A stretch of 64,000 bases of DNA from Rhina ancylostomus (lineage: Eukaryota): the NCBI GenBank assembly GCA_030265395.1, contig JARFYF010000012.1:21682879-21746878 (forward strand), read 5' to 3'. Both the position numbers and the translations under genes were made by a program. A model generated the notes under the pieces. The model saw nothing but the letters and a program-made list of their open reading frames with translations. It had not been told where the DNA came from and ran no database searches. Below are positions 39,561-52,302 of the stretch, piece by piece (positions within the stretch are counted from its first letter, which is position 1; each line of letters starts with the position of its first letter).

Positions 39561-42500
39561 AGCCAAGCTTGACCTCACAACGTAAACCAAGAGGGAATCC
39601 TGGGTTTGCAATGCAAGTGTAGCAGGAACCACCACAAGAAAATACAGATTAATAAAACATTAAGTAAAACAAAACAGCCAGTACTACAAGGAAACTGCAT
39701 AGCCTCTCTTGTGGGCAAATGCTCCATACAAATTGTAAAAACTTGTTACCAGGTTGTTACAAGAAGCAGAAGAAAAAAGATACATCCAAACTTAAGCAAT
39801 GTTCACTGTTAATATTATAGAAGGAATCCAGAATAATACATTGCTGTTATCAGCCAAAATAAAATTCAACATAAAATTACTTGCAACTTAAGACTGCAAG
39901 ATTTCTTTCAAAATGTGTTTTTTTAAAATTTGGTACAACTTGTGAAGATGGCCCTCAGTAACCACGCAATAAAAAGGAGAAAACAGAGAACAAAGTGAAG
40001 GACTACATCATGTTGTGCATCTGCACAGCACAGCAAATTAGCAATAAATTCAAGTACAGTACAAGTGCTTGACCTGTTAAAACCAGTCACAAATGGTGTC
40101 ACGTGAAATGAGACAAGGGTTTTCACTGGGGCAAAGCCATGGAGACTGTTTTGGCTTTGGCTCAGCTGACTAGGAACATGACACTAGAATGTACACCAGT
40201 TTTGAACAAGATTACCCAAGCCTTGTTTAGCCTTAAGGAAATTAAGCTAAAGATAAAACAACAAGTTAACACAGAAAATGAAAGCTAATCTATAAAATAG
40301 TGGTGTAAATCAAACCATTTAAAGTCTTGACAATTTTTTTGTGGAAGTTTTTTCTAAATCATTGTTTAAACTATTGCCTTCCTTCCCTTTCCTCTTCCAA
40401 TAATACAGAAACATTGTTCCTACTTTTCAGTAACCTTTTGCTGTATTTCACTCTGAGAAGTAACAGATATATTTTTCCAAAATATCAAAATTATATTTTC
40501 AAATCTCAAAAAGGAAAATAGTTCTTAAAAGAGTTAAGGCATAAAACAAGTTTTTTTGTGAAAAAGGATAACCCAATCTACACACAATCAACTAAAAGTT
40601 TAAATGGATGTTGGCTAACGTGGGCACCAGAGCAACAATAGCTCGTTCAGTTTGTAACCATTCTAGTTTTAACACTCCAAAAACATCAGAAAAAATAAAC
40701 AAGATACCTCCTTTCAAGTTATATGATGCTTCATCAACAGCTCACTTCTACCACTCACTATTAGATAAAGCTTCCTGGTTTAAGATCCCTATCAAACCCT
40801 AGCAAAAAAAATATTAATTTGTTTGAAGGAAAAAGTTTTTGAAATCCTTCAAATACACACAAAGATCTGTGCTCCTGTAAAAGAACAAAAAGTTGATCAT
40901 CCCCAACCCTGTAGGGTTAAGGTAGCTGAGTTAAAGGTAAAGAGATTAATTTTTGCATTTTTCAATGCAAAGCAAGCCTTGAAGCAGTGAGACTAACTTT
41001 AACACTATATAACTGTATTTAAATACCTCTGGATAAAGTTCTGCTTGTGTGCAACCACATTAAACAGACATCTGTTTCCTTACTCAGAGAGCAACAGTAT
41101 AATGTCCCCAGAAGTCAGCATTGCATCAATACCTGCAGATTAATAGTTAACAAATTCAAAACAAAAGAATTCTTGTACTTCCCAACCTCATATATGAATT
41201 CCAAGGAACAACACAAATGATTTTGGAATCCATTCTGGCACATTACAAAGCCACCTAAACCGACAAGACTTAAGCTCCAATTGTTGCTATGGTGATTATC
41301 ATTTGCAATGGCTTACCTATACCAAATAAAATGTGTTCTAGAATTACACAAACAAAAACTGTTCGTTTTTTGTTAATTTTTAATGTCAAGGACAATGAAA
41401 GTTCAAATTCTTTGTCAACTAACTGTGTCATATGATTAGTTGCAAAACTTTATGATAACAGTTTCACAGCAATATTAACCAGTTTGAAAATTTAAACTTC
41501 ACTCTGGTCCAAACAGCATATCTAAGATTAAATCCAGAAATGTTTTGGAAGAATTCATGTCTCACTTTAAAGTTGTCCTGCACCAATTTGTTTGCCAATA
41601 AGCATTCAGTTTCTGCAAAAATCATTGTTATTTACCTGCTCATATTTTTTGTTAACCTTAATGACGGATCAATTAAAACTTTCATATTACCAATATTGCT
41701 TTCAGAACCAAAATCCTGTCTCATTAAAATAGAGCAGGATGCCATTATATTAGTTATATATTGTTTAAACCCAAGATATTAATTAGTGCTACCACTTTAA
41801 AATGTAAATTTCCAAATATGGACAAGCCCAATTTTTCATAAGAGGAGATTAATGGAAATTTGATAAAGGCAGTGCACATGATGAAGGTTTGGAACATAGC
41901 AGAACATTTCTTATGAGCAAAGACCAGAATGAAGAATGTCAATTGAAGGTAAAATGCTGAAGATTTAGGGGTGGGAATGGGAGAAGTTATTTAGATGTGG
42001 GGTTGTGAAGCTCTGTACTGCATTGGCAGAATTATTGACTGAGGAAGGGATCACAACTATTAAGGATAGGTTTGATAGGAAGCTGAATGAAAGAGGGATA
42101 GAATTAAATATGGCAAAAAGGTGGGGACAAAGGATTAGGACATTAACATGGATCGATTGTGGTGTACAAGCTGCTCTACAGTGTTTTGCTTGTAAATTAA
42201 GCTAATATTGTCAAATTTGTCCAAACAAAAGGCAGAAACATTTATGAAATGCATGCAGGTGACCAAGTCACACAGCACAAAATATCACAGTAGGGGAGTG
42301 ATCAATAGTAATGTTTTTATTAATGAGAAAACATATATAGGTAAATTTAGACATTGAAGGATCAAGAAATATGGTTCATTGTGTTTTTTTTAAACATTGT
42401 GCACAATGTGCTTTTAAATCCTGAATTTTGAAGAGATAATAAAAATTATCAGCAGCAGCTCAGCCAAATGAGTCTAACACATTTTCACATGCAATAGCCT

Positions 42501-43489
42501 CATAAATGTAGCATCTGGCTCTCACTCAGTGCATTTTGAAAAGAATGAAGACACCCCTTACTCAGGATCTGCTATTACACTGTTCAACCCATTTTTATTT
42601 TAGTTCAGCCACATTTAATTCGGAACAGATTACTTGGACCTAGTAGCTCTCAGATAGCATACAGAGATTTGGATATTTTCCTTACCAACCAGGTTTTGTT
42701 TAAAAGCAAGATATTAAACGTTGCAACAGCAATACAGCTAAGACACTTTCTAAAGATGTCTTTGTGGTACACGTTACAAAAAAAGTCAAAATTGAAAAGG
42801 TTGTAGAACAAGTGTTTTGCAACTGGTGGCACTCTGAGCAAAGTAATTTTACACACTAGCAATTTCATATATTATAAATCACAAAGATATTGCAATGTTT
42901 CAACAACTGGTTCCATGTTTTTTTTGTCATCTTTGATAAACAATTCTCCATTCTTTCATGGATGCATTAAGGTAGCTAGGCTGTGGACAAAAGAAAATTG
43001 GATGTGTGCTGGCAACAGAATAAGGAAAACTTAGAAGGGCTGTGGTGACAGTGTAGGAATAAATCAAGAATCATTTTCAAAAAGCCACCAGAAATACAAT
43101 GGGCCAAATAGCCCACTTCTGTGTTATTCCACCACTTTCTGATTCTACAATATGCAAATCACATTCAGACACCCATTCAGGTTCTCCATCATCCTATTCC
43201 TTTATTGCAGACTAGCTCTCTTCTTATACTATGGTTACATGCCAGAGTACATGAAGTCTATTCTTGAGATTACTGCTGGTACGCAGATTTTAAAAAAAAC
43301 TTTCAAATCAGGTAACATGTTTTCTGACTAGTTTGTTCTTAAATACTTACTAATAAAAACACTCTCTCAAACAAGGATTTGTAATATTTTTTTCATTAAG
43401 CAGCAAAAAATTAATAAAACAAATCAGTACTGAGAAATGGCACCCCAACAACAAAGATAATGATGTTAGGTTGATGATAAATGACGGGA

Positions 43490-44008
43490 GACCATGCCTG
43501 GAGCACTGCATATAGTTTTGGTATATTTTGTTTAAGGAATGCTAAGCTTGCACTGGAGGCAGTTCAGGGAAGATTCACTAAGTTGATTCCTGGGATGTAG
43601 GTATCAAGACGAGGTAAGGTTGATCAGGCTGGGCCTATTCCTACTGGAGTTCAGAGAAATGAGAGGTAATCCTTTTGAAACATGTACATAAGACTCTAAT
43701 GTCGCCTTACAGGGTAAACCCCAAGACAACATTTCCCTTTCTAAGGAATCTAGAATTGGTGGGCTTAGTCTCAGAAATACCACGAGAAAGCACTTCTTCT
43801 CTCAAAGGGGTGTGAATCTTTCTAATTCTCTACCCCACAGAGTTACGGGAGGTTGAGTCACATTCAAGTCTGAGATGGAGAAATTTTTGGAAATTCAGGG
43901 AATCGGGAGATTAGTGCTGGAAAGTGACACTGAGGGAAAAGATGAGCCGTGATCTCACTGAACTACAGAATGCACATGCTGGGTTGAGTGGCCTCCCTCT
44001 GCTTCCCC
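43490..44008 (+). mobile_element. Degraded CR1 3' portion
   Basis: AGACCATGCCTGGAGCACTGC (RPxLExC), TGGAGGCAGTTCAGGGAAGATTCACTAAGTTGATTCCTGGGATG (LEAVQxRFTKLIPGM), then a CR1 tail. Confidence 0.85.
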
Positions 44009-44009
44009 T

Positions 44010-44370
44010 TCCTGCGTTGGCCGCTCCTGGTTCTGCTCACACCACTCCCGACCAGAAACTGCTCTTACTTTGCAGTGTGAGGCTAAACTATTATCCAAAG
44101 CAAAGTTGCCACGTGCAGACTCCTTTCCAAGCGAGGGCATTGTTGGGAGCTGGATTCTGGAAACCATTCTGAAGTTCATTTAGGAGTGCTTCTCAGTCCT
44201 GAGTCACCTGGGCTGTGCACAGATCTCGCGGGTCCTGCACCACGCCACGAATGCCCTCATCCCTCCCAGAGGGAACAACCGGCAAAAATTTGCCCCGGCT
44301 ATCTGTACCTCGGAAGTGCTGGGTAGGTCAGGCGGAATCCGTGGGGGGAGAAACTGAGTTGCTGTTTCGG
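44010..44370. promoter_or_regulatory. Short GC- and CpG-rich patch (candidate enhancer or promoter)
   Basis: 15 CpGs counted in ~360 bp against a depleted background; contains CACGTG (44110) and TGAGTCA (44200). Confidence 0.35.
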
Positions 44371-44615
44371 GTCAAGAGCCCTTCATCCAAGCTGGAAAAG
44401 TGGGAAGGGAAGGGAGAGGGTGGAGAGAACAGAGGGAATGTCTGCAATAAACCAGTATTGGAACAAAATGGTACACAAACAGTTTGATCCATAAACTAGA
44501 ATCAAGCTGACAGCCACATCTGGAAGGAATGGTTTTCCTGAAGTTGTTCAACTCAGTACCAAGTCCCAAGGGTTGTAATGTGCCCAGTTGCGAGGTGAGA
44601 TGCCGTTACGTTGGG
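44310..44615 (-). mobile_element. Penelope-like terminal fragment
   Basis: AGGTCAGGC...GTGGGGGGAGAAACTGAGTT..TGTTTCGGGTCAAGAGCCCTTCATC and CTGAAGTTGTTCAACTCA...GTCCCAAGGGTTGTAA parallel 9030-9320. Confidence 0.65.
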
Positions 44616-44616
44616 C

Positions 44617-44973
44617 ATAGAACAGTGCAGCACAGGAACAGGCCCTTCAGCCCACGATGTTGTGCCGAACTAAACTAGTAATTAAATGCAGAACTAAACT
44701 AATCCCTTCTGCCTGCACAATGTCCATATCCCTCCATCCCCTGCATCCATGTGCCTATTTGAGAGCCTTTAAAACCCCTCTGTCATATCTGCCTCCTCCA
44801 CCACCACCCCGACAGGGCATTCCAGGCACCCACCGCTCTCTGTGTGTAAAAAACTTCCGCTGCACATCTCCTTTGAACTTACCCCCTCTCACCTTAAGTG
44901 CATGCCCTCTCGCATTAGACATTTTGACCCTGGGAGAAAGATAGCATCTGTCTGCTCTATCTATGGCTCTCAT
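44617..44973 (-). mobile_element. CR1 3' end (relatively well preserved)
   Basis: Encodes MSNARGHALKVRGGKFKGDVQRKFFT (CR1 C-terminal TRGH motif) followed by the 3' UTR. Confidence 0.92.
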
Positions 44974-44974
44974 A

Positions 44975-45208
44975 GATATGTTGTGAAAGTTGTTGTTTCG
45001 CAGCAACAGTAGAATACAAGACAATAGAATACATTACAAAACTAAATAGATAGTGCAAAAGAGGACTAATGAGGTGGTGTTCATGGGTTCATGGACCGTT
45101 CAGGAATCTGATGGCGGAGGGGTAGAAGCTAGTTCCTGAATCATTGAGTGTGGGTCTTCAGGCTCCTGTACCTCCTCCCCGATGGTAGTAACGAGAAGAG
45201 GGCATGTC
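44975..45208 (-). mobile_element. Rex1/Babar LINE 3' end, truncated by a gap
   Basis: Minus strand encodes HALFSLLPSGRRYRSLKTHTQ*FRN..., the Rex1/Babar C-terminal motif. Confidence 0.85.
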
Positions 45209-45308
45209 NNNNNNNNNNNNNNNNNNNNNNNNNNNNNNNNNNNNNNNNNNNNNNNNNNNNNNNNNNNNNNNNNNNNNNNNNNNNNNNNNNNNNNNNNNNN
45301 NNNNNNNN

Positions 45309-45452
45309 TTCAGGGAATCAAGGGTTATAGGAAGCTGACAAGAAAGTGGAACTGATGTCAAGATCAGATCAGATCAGCCACAAGCCTTTTGAATGGCAGA
45401 GCAGGCTAGCGGTCACAGGGCCTGATCCTGCTCCTATTTCTGATGTGCTTAT
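45309..45452 (+). mobile_element. CR1 3' UTR fragment
   Basis: GGGAATCAAGGGTTAT...AGATCAGCCA...GAATGGCAGAGCAGGCT...CCTGCTCCTATTTCT is the reverse complement of the pattern at 47735-47870. Confidence 0.8.
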
Positions 45453-45924
45453 ATACAAAGTCCCCACAAAATCTTATGGAGAACTTCCAGGGATTTAGGC
45501 TGGAAATGTGCCATTATTCTCTCCAACTCCAGTGCTTAAGTTGATGCTCAGGTATCTATCCAATTCATTTTGAATAATAGATCAAAAAAACTCACTGGTT
45601 TGTTTTCTCTGATCTGCACTAAATAGCCAATTTCATCCAGTTACTAGCTGGGATGTTAAATGACATCTCCATGCCTCTGGGCAAGGGAGAGTCAGAAGAA
45701 TTCACCAGCTGTTTCCTAACAATTAGTCAGGGACTCAACAACACCTGCTGAAAAGTGCACATGGCTTCTGGTGAGGGCAAGCCTTAGCTCACCTTTGATG
45801 GCTCAAAGTCAGACAACTTACTCTCACTGTCTGAGCTTGCTTAACCACCCATCTCCCTTGCATGAAATATTTGGAATTCTCTGTTTTAAAAAAAATCACA
45901 TTATATTTAATGATTTCATCGAAG

Positions 45925-46150
45925 CACACAGCATGGAAACAGGCCTTTCAGCCCAATGAGACATTACTGACCAAACACCCATGTACACTGAGCTCATTTT
46001 ATTCTCCCCACATTCCCATCATCTCTACCCAGAATCAAGAGCCAATTAACCTACCGATCAACCCAGGTCTTTGGGACATGGGGGGGAGGGGGGAGAGATA
46101 CATGGTCACAGGAAGAGCTTGCAACTTCCACACAGACAGCAGCTGAGGTT
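45925..46150 (-). mobile_element. V-domain SINE fragment
   Basis: CAGCATGGAAACAGGCC...TTTTATTCTCCCCACATTC...CCAATTAACCTACC...GGTCACAGGAAGA...CCACACAGACAGC is antisense to the 7285-7593 copy. Confidence 0.85.
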
Positions 46151-47479
46151 TTTGCCCCTCTAGAATCAATATGAACTGTCATATCAAGGTCAGAAATGCA
46201 TTGCCCCGGCAGGACTTGGAAGTGGTATTACTCCAGCAAAACCAGGACAGGGAACAGGGTAAAACAAATACTGGCTGTCATGAAGTGAGACAAAACAAGG
46301 TCTGTAGAGGTGCTAGTTCACATTAGCAGCTCTGTATTGACGGCCATGACAATAAAATGCCACAATGATTGGCAGGGCACCAGCAGCATTGGCACCATTA
46401 CATTTTTGGGACATAGGTTTATAATCTCACACCCTAAAATTTGCATTCTCAATAGTTATTACCAGAACAACTGGGTACATTTGCTTCACACATGAACAAA
46501 ACTATGCTACCCAAGAACTTCACAACAATCATGCCCTTGACAGTCACTGCAAATGTGGTTAAACTTCAAATCGCTTTAATTATATACAAAAATAAAACAA
46601 GTGACCTTTTGGGCTTGGCTTGCAAGCAACTAGCAAATGATTTTTTGATTTCACAGATGTGTACTTCAAACAGATGTTGGATGTGGAGGAATTGAAGACA
46701 TTATCACTCAAAGACAATAAATGCAGAACAAAAGGATACAGATAATTAAGAAAAAAGTGACAAAATGGAGTGTGAGAGAAGGATATGACAGGCACAGCTG
46801 AAAAATCTGTCATTCTTATTTATGAAGTTTTTGAAAATGCTGATATCTGAAAAGGATTATCACTGCAAAACAGAAATTCTGTAGTGATAAAATCAGTCAG
46901 CTGAATTCTTTAATAACATTGCCAGACCAAATTGTGCAAAATTCTATAGAGATATCAACTCTGGAGATTAAAAATGATGCAAGTATGTGTGACAACAGGA
47001 ATGATGGGATTAATTTTTTGTTTCTTAAATAAAAATCTTTTGGACTCTATCAAACATTACCAACATTTATTTTAACTCATCTCAGAGAAGCTTATATATA
47101 AACCAACATATAATCACACAAAATCCTTATAAATCAGCCTTAAAGGATTTCAAGTTCTGTACTACCTGTTGCAATGGCACTAACTGAATAAGTAAAAGAC
47201 TATAAAAGTTCATTCTGGTGATATGTAATTTTATATTTACTTCTTGTATACTTTAATCAGAAAAAGCCAAGCTCCAGCACACTTAAAAATAACGAGGTGC
47301 ATCTTAGAATTAAATCTCTATACCACTGAGCAAGAGTGGTGTGAGTGGCATTTAAAATGTTGATGGATGGATAGATGCTGCAGTATTCCTGCCTCCTGCC
47401 TGCCCTCAGTTTTAACTGGAATGTCATTGATACCACAATGCAAGTTTCACTGGGATTTAAAAACACAGGTGGCCATCGC

Positions 47480-47732
47480 TTCCTTCCATCCAGTCCATAT
47501 CCATGGTGCGTTGCTTCAGGAAGGCTAATAGTATCATCAAGGATGCCTGCCACTCTGTCCATTCCTTTTTTCTCCCTAGGAGAAGATACAGGAGCTTGGA
47601 AGCCCGGATGACCAGACCCAAGAACAGCTTCTTCCCCATTGCTCTCCGACTTCTGAACCAATCACCTCTTTCACATCCCATTTCCGGTGGTGCTGCCGGA
47701 CTCTTAATTCTACCTCTCTTGGTTATTCCGTT
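47480..47732 (+). mobile_element. Rex1/Babar ORF C-terminus and start of 3' UTR
   Basis: RCFRKANSIIKDACHSVHSFFLPRRRYRSLEARMTRPKNSFFPIALRLLN. Confidence 0.88.
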
Positions 47733-49675
47733 ATAAGAGCATAAGAAATAGGAGCAGGAGTAGGCCATCTGGCCCATCGAGCCTGCTCTGCCATTCAATT
47801 AGATTATGGCTGATCTGGCCGTGGACTCTGCTCCACCTACCTGCCTTTTCTCCATAACCCTTAATTCCCCGACTATACAAAAATCCCATCTCTGGAATCA
47901 TCCTGGTGAACTTCCTCTACACCACCTCCAAAGCCAGCATATCTTTCCTCAAGTAAGGAGACTAGAACTGCACGCAGTACTCCAGGTGCGGCCTTACTAG
48001 TACCCTGTACAGTTGCAGCATAACCTCTCTGCTCTTAAATTCAATCCCTCTAGAAATGAAGGTCAACATTCTATTTGCCTTCTTGATAGCCTGTTGCACC
48101 TACAAACTAATCTTTTGTGATTCATTCACAAGCACTCCCAACTCCCTCCACACAACAACATGCTGCAATCTTTCACCATTTAAATAATCTGATCTTCTAT
48201 TTTTTGCTTCCAAAGTGGATGACTTCACATTTACCAACATTGCACTCCATCTGCCAGACCCTTGCCCACTCACTTAACCTATGTACATCCCTCTGCAGAC
48301 TCAGCATATCCTCTGCGCAATTTGCTTTTCCATTCAATTTAGCATCATCAGCAAACTCNNNNNNNNNNGCATCATGAACAGTTGCAGGCCCAGCACCAAC
48401 CCCTGCGGAACACCGGTCACCACTGATTGCCAACCAGTGAAACACCCATTTATCCCAACTCTCTGCCTACTATTGTTTAACCAATCCTCTATCTATGCTA
48501 ATACATTACCCCCAACTCCATGTCTTTTATGCGGCACCTTATCAAACGCCTTCTGGAAATCCAAGTATACAATATCCACCTGTTCCCCTCTATCCACTGC
48601 ACTCATTATATCCTCAAAGAACTCCAGTAAGTTTGTCAAACAGAACTTGCCCTTCTCAAATCCATGCTATGTCTGCCTGATGGAACCACTTCTATCCGGA
48701 TATCTCGCTATTTCTTCCTTAATAATAGCTTCAAGCATTTTCCCAACTACAGACATTAAGTAACTGGCCTATAGTTACCTGCCTTTTGCCTACATCCTTT
48801 TTTAAACAGTGGTGTGACATTCACTGTCTTCCAATCCACTGGGACCTGCCCAGAGTGCAGAGAATTTTGGTAAATTATCACTTCTGCCATTTCTTTCAGT
48901 GCCCTGGGATGCATCCCATTAGGACCAGGGGACTCGTCTACCTTTAGGCCCACTAGTTTGCTCATCACTACCTCATAATGACACTGAGGTCCTCACCTCC
49001 AACCACATCCATAACATCTCTCTTTGGCATGTTACACATGTCCTCCACCGTGAACACTGACACAAAATAGTCATTCAAGGCCTTAGCCATTTCCACATTA
49101 CCCAATGTTAATTCCCCCTTCTCATCTTCCAGGGGACCCATGTTCACTTTAGCCACCCTTTTCTGCTTTATATAAATTATAAAAACTTTTACTATCTGTT
49201 TTTTTAAATATTTTGTGCTGGTTTACTTTCATAATTTATCTTCCCTTTCCTTATTGCTTGCTCAGTGGTTCTTCATTGCTTTTTAAAAGTTTTCCCAATC
49301 TTCTAGTTTCCCACTATTCGGCAACTTTGTATGCATGAGCTTTTAGCTTGATGCCTTCTTTTATTTCCTTAGTTATCCAAGGCTGGCTCTCCCCAGCTTT
49401 ACTGTCCTTGCTTTTAACTGGAATATACTTTTGTTGAGTACAGTGAAAAATCTCTTTGAAAGTCTTCCACGGTTCCTCAACTGTCCCAGCCTATAAGCCT
49501 GTGTTTCCAGTCTACACCAGCCAACTCCTCTGTCATCCCGCTGTAGTCTCCCTTGTTTAGGCATAATACACTGGTTTTAGAGTGAACTATTGCACCCTCC
49601 ATTTGTATGAGAAATTCAAGCATACTATGATCACCCTGTCCAAGAGGATCCCTAACTACATTAATTTTACCCATC
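47733..49675 (-). mobile_element. CR1 LINE copy A (disrupted ORF2: endonuclease end, RT, 3' UTR)
   Basis: Motifs SPGPNGMHPRALKE, WKTVNVTPLFKKG..NYRPV, FADDAKL; 8-mer-type tail at 47733; stops, frameshifts and internal deletions. Confidence 0.95.
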
Positions 49676-49775
49676 NNNNNNNNNNNNNNNNNNNNNNNNN
49701 NNNNNNNNNNNNNNNNNNNNNNNNNNNNNNNNNNNNNNNNNNNNNNNNNNNNNNNNNNNNNNNNNNNNNNNNNNN

Positions 49776-52120
49776 TGAATTCCAGCGAGTATAGTCCCAG
49801 GTGCCTCAACCTCACCTCATAGGTTAACCCCCTCATCTCTAGAATCAACCCGGTGAACCCCCTCTTCATCGCCTCCAAAACCAGTATATCTTTTCTCAAG
49901 TAAGGAGACCAGAACTGCAGGCAGTACTCCAGGTGCGGCCTCACCAGTACCCTGTACGGTTGCAACATAACCTCCCTGCTCTTAAATTCAATCCCTCTGG
50001 CAATGAAGGCCAATATTCCATTTGCTGCCTTGATAACCTGTTACACCAGCAAACCAAGCTTTTGCAATTCATGCACATGCACTCCCAAGTCCCTCTGCAC
50101 AACAGCATGCTGCAGTCTTTCACCATTTAAATCAAAATCTGATCTTCTATTTTTCCTTCCAAACTGGATGACCTCGCATTTACCAACATTGTACTCCATC
50201 TGCCAGGCCCTCGCCCACTCACTTAACCTGTCTATAACAGTCTCTCCGCATCCTCTGCACAATTTGCTTTTCCACTCAGTGTCATCAGCAAACTTAGATC
50301 CGCTACACTCGTTCCCCTTTCCTAAATCGTTAATGTATATCGTGAACAGTTGTGGGCTCAGCACCGACCTCTGCGGCACTCCGCTCATCACTGATTGCCA
50401 ACCAGAGAAACACCTATTTATCCCAATTCTCTGCTTTCTATTGGTTAACCAATCCTCTAACCATGCTAATATATAACCCCCAACTCCATGCATCCTTATG
50501 GATAAGTCTTTTATGCAGCACCTTATCGAATGCCTTCTGGAAATTCAAGTATTCAACATCCACCTGTTCCCCTCTATCCACCATGTTCACTATATCCTCA
50601 AAGACCTCCAGTAAGTTTATCAAGCAGGACCTGCCCTTCCTGAATCCATGCTGTGTCTGCCTGATGGATCCACTTCTATCCTGATGTCTCGCTATTTCTT
50701 CCTTAATGACAGCTTCAAGCATTTTCCCAACTACAGACGTTAAGCTAACTGGCCTATAGTTACCCACCTTTTGCCTACATCCTTTTATAAGCAGTAGCGT
50801 GACATTAGCTGTCTTGCAATCCACAGGGACCTGCCCAGGGTCCAGAGAATTTTGGTAAATTATCACAAATGCATCTACTATAACATCCACCATTTCTTTC
50901 AGTACCCTGGGATGCATCCCATCAGGACTGGGGACACGTCTACCTTTAGGCCCACTAGTTTGCTCAGCCCTACTTCTTTAGTGACAACGATTGTTCAAGG
51001 CCTCAGCCATTTCCACATTACCCAATATTAATTCCCCCTTCTCATCTTCCAAGGGATCTACGTTCACTTTAGCCACCCTTTTTCGCTTTATATAATTATA
51101 AAAGTTTTTACTATCTGTTTTTTATATTTTGTGCTAATTTACTTTCATAATCTATCTTCCCTTTCCTTATTGCTTGCTTAGTGGTTTTTTTGTTGCTTTT
51201 TAAAGTTTTCCCAATCTTCCAGTTTCCCACTACTTTTGCCAACTTTGTATGCATGAGCTTTTAGCTTGATGCCTTCTTTTATTTCCTTAGTTATCAAAGG
51301 CTGGCTCTCCCCATCCTTTCTGTCCTTGCTTTTAATTAGAATATACTTTTGTTGAGCATCGTGAAAAATCTCCTTGAAAGTCTTCCACTGTTCCTCAACT
51401 GTCCCACTGAATAGCCTCCATTTCCAGTCTACACGAGCCAACTGCTCCTTGATCCTGTTGTAGTCTCCCTTGTTTAGGCATAATACACTAGTTTTAGATT
51501 GAACTATATCACCCTCCATTTGTATAAGAAATTCAATCATACTGATTGCTCTTTCCAAGAGGATCCCTAACCATAAGATTGATAATTTTATCTGTCTCAT
51601 TGCACAGGACCAGATCTAAGATAGCAGTCTCCCTTGTAGGTTCACTAACATGCTGTTCAAGAAAATTATCATGAATGCATTCTATGAAGTCCTCCTCAAG
51701 ACTGCCTCGACCAACTCGATTTGCCCAATCTATTTGGAAGTTAAAGTCCCCCATGACAAGTGCCATTCCATTCTTACATGCATCAAATATTTCTTGGTTT
51801 ATTGCCCGTGCCACTGTAATGTTATTATTCAGTGGCCTATAGACAACTCCCACCAGTCATTTTTTCCCTTTACTATTCCTAATCTCTACCCAATTGGACT
51901 CAACATTCTGCTCCCTAGATCTTATATTGTCTCTCACTATCGCCCTGATCTCATTCCTGATTACAAGTGCTACCCCACCTCCCTTACCTTCCTGCCTATC
52001 CTTCCGTATTACCTGATACTCTTGGATATTTAATTCCCACACATTGCCACCCTGCAACCACGTTTCTGTAAATGGTCACTAAATCATACCCCTTTGTACT
52101 GATTTGTGCCACAAGTCACT
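49776..52120 (-). mobile_element. CR1 LINE copy B (disrupted ORF2: endonuclease and RT)
   Basis: RKDRQEGKGGGVAL, GVVYRP, VMGDFN, EPTRETAILDLVL (APE); NYRPVSLTS, QHGFRKGRSC, FQKAFDKV, GVPQRSVL, FADDT, RPHLEYC (RT). Confidence 0.97.
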
Positions 52121-52139
52121 GGCTTGTCACATAAGCATT

Positions 52140-52302
52140 TCTTTTACACAACTTCAGATTACAGTACTATCTTTGCACCATTCTGTTGTTTTGCACTCAC
52201 TGTATTTTTTTAAACCACCATGTATACTGTTTATTCTGTGAACTTCTTGTGAGCAAGGAATTTTGTTGCACCCTAATGCACATGACAATAAACTAATCTG
52301 AT
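52140..52302 (+). mobile_element. Rex1/Babar-type 3' UTR end
   Basis: CTTTGCACCATTCTGTTGTTTTGCACT...GCAAGGAATTTTGTTGCACCCT..TGCACATGACAATAAACTAATCTG; same strand as the Rex1 piece at 47480-47732. Confidence 0.6.

Noticed and set aside
49477-50013. 178-aa ORF appearing to fuse the RT C-terminus to an endonuclease end
   Set aside because: It is created by translating through the 100-N gap between two CR1 copies.
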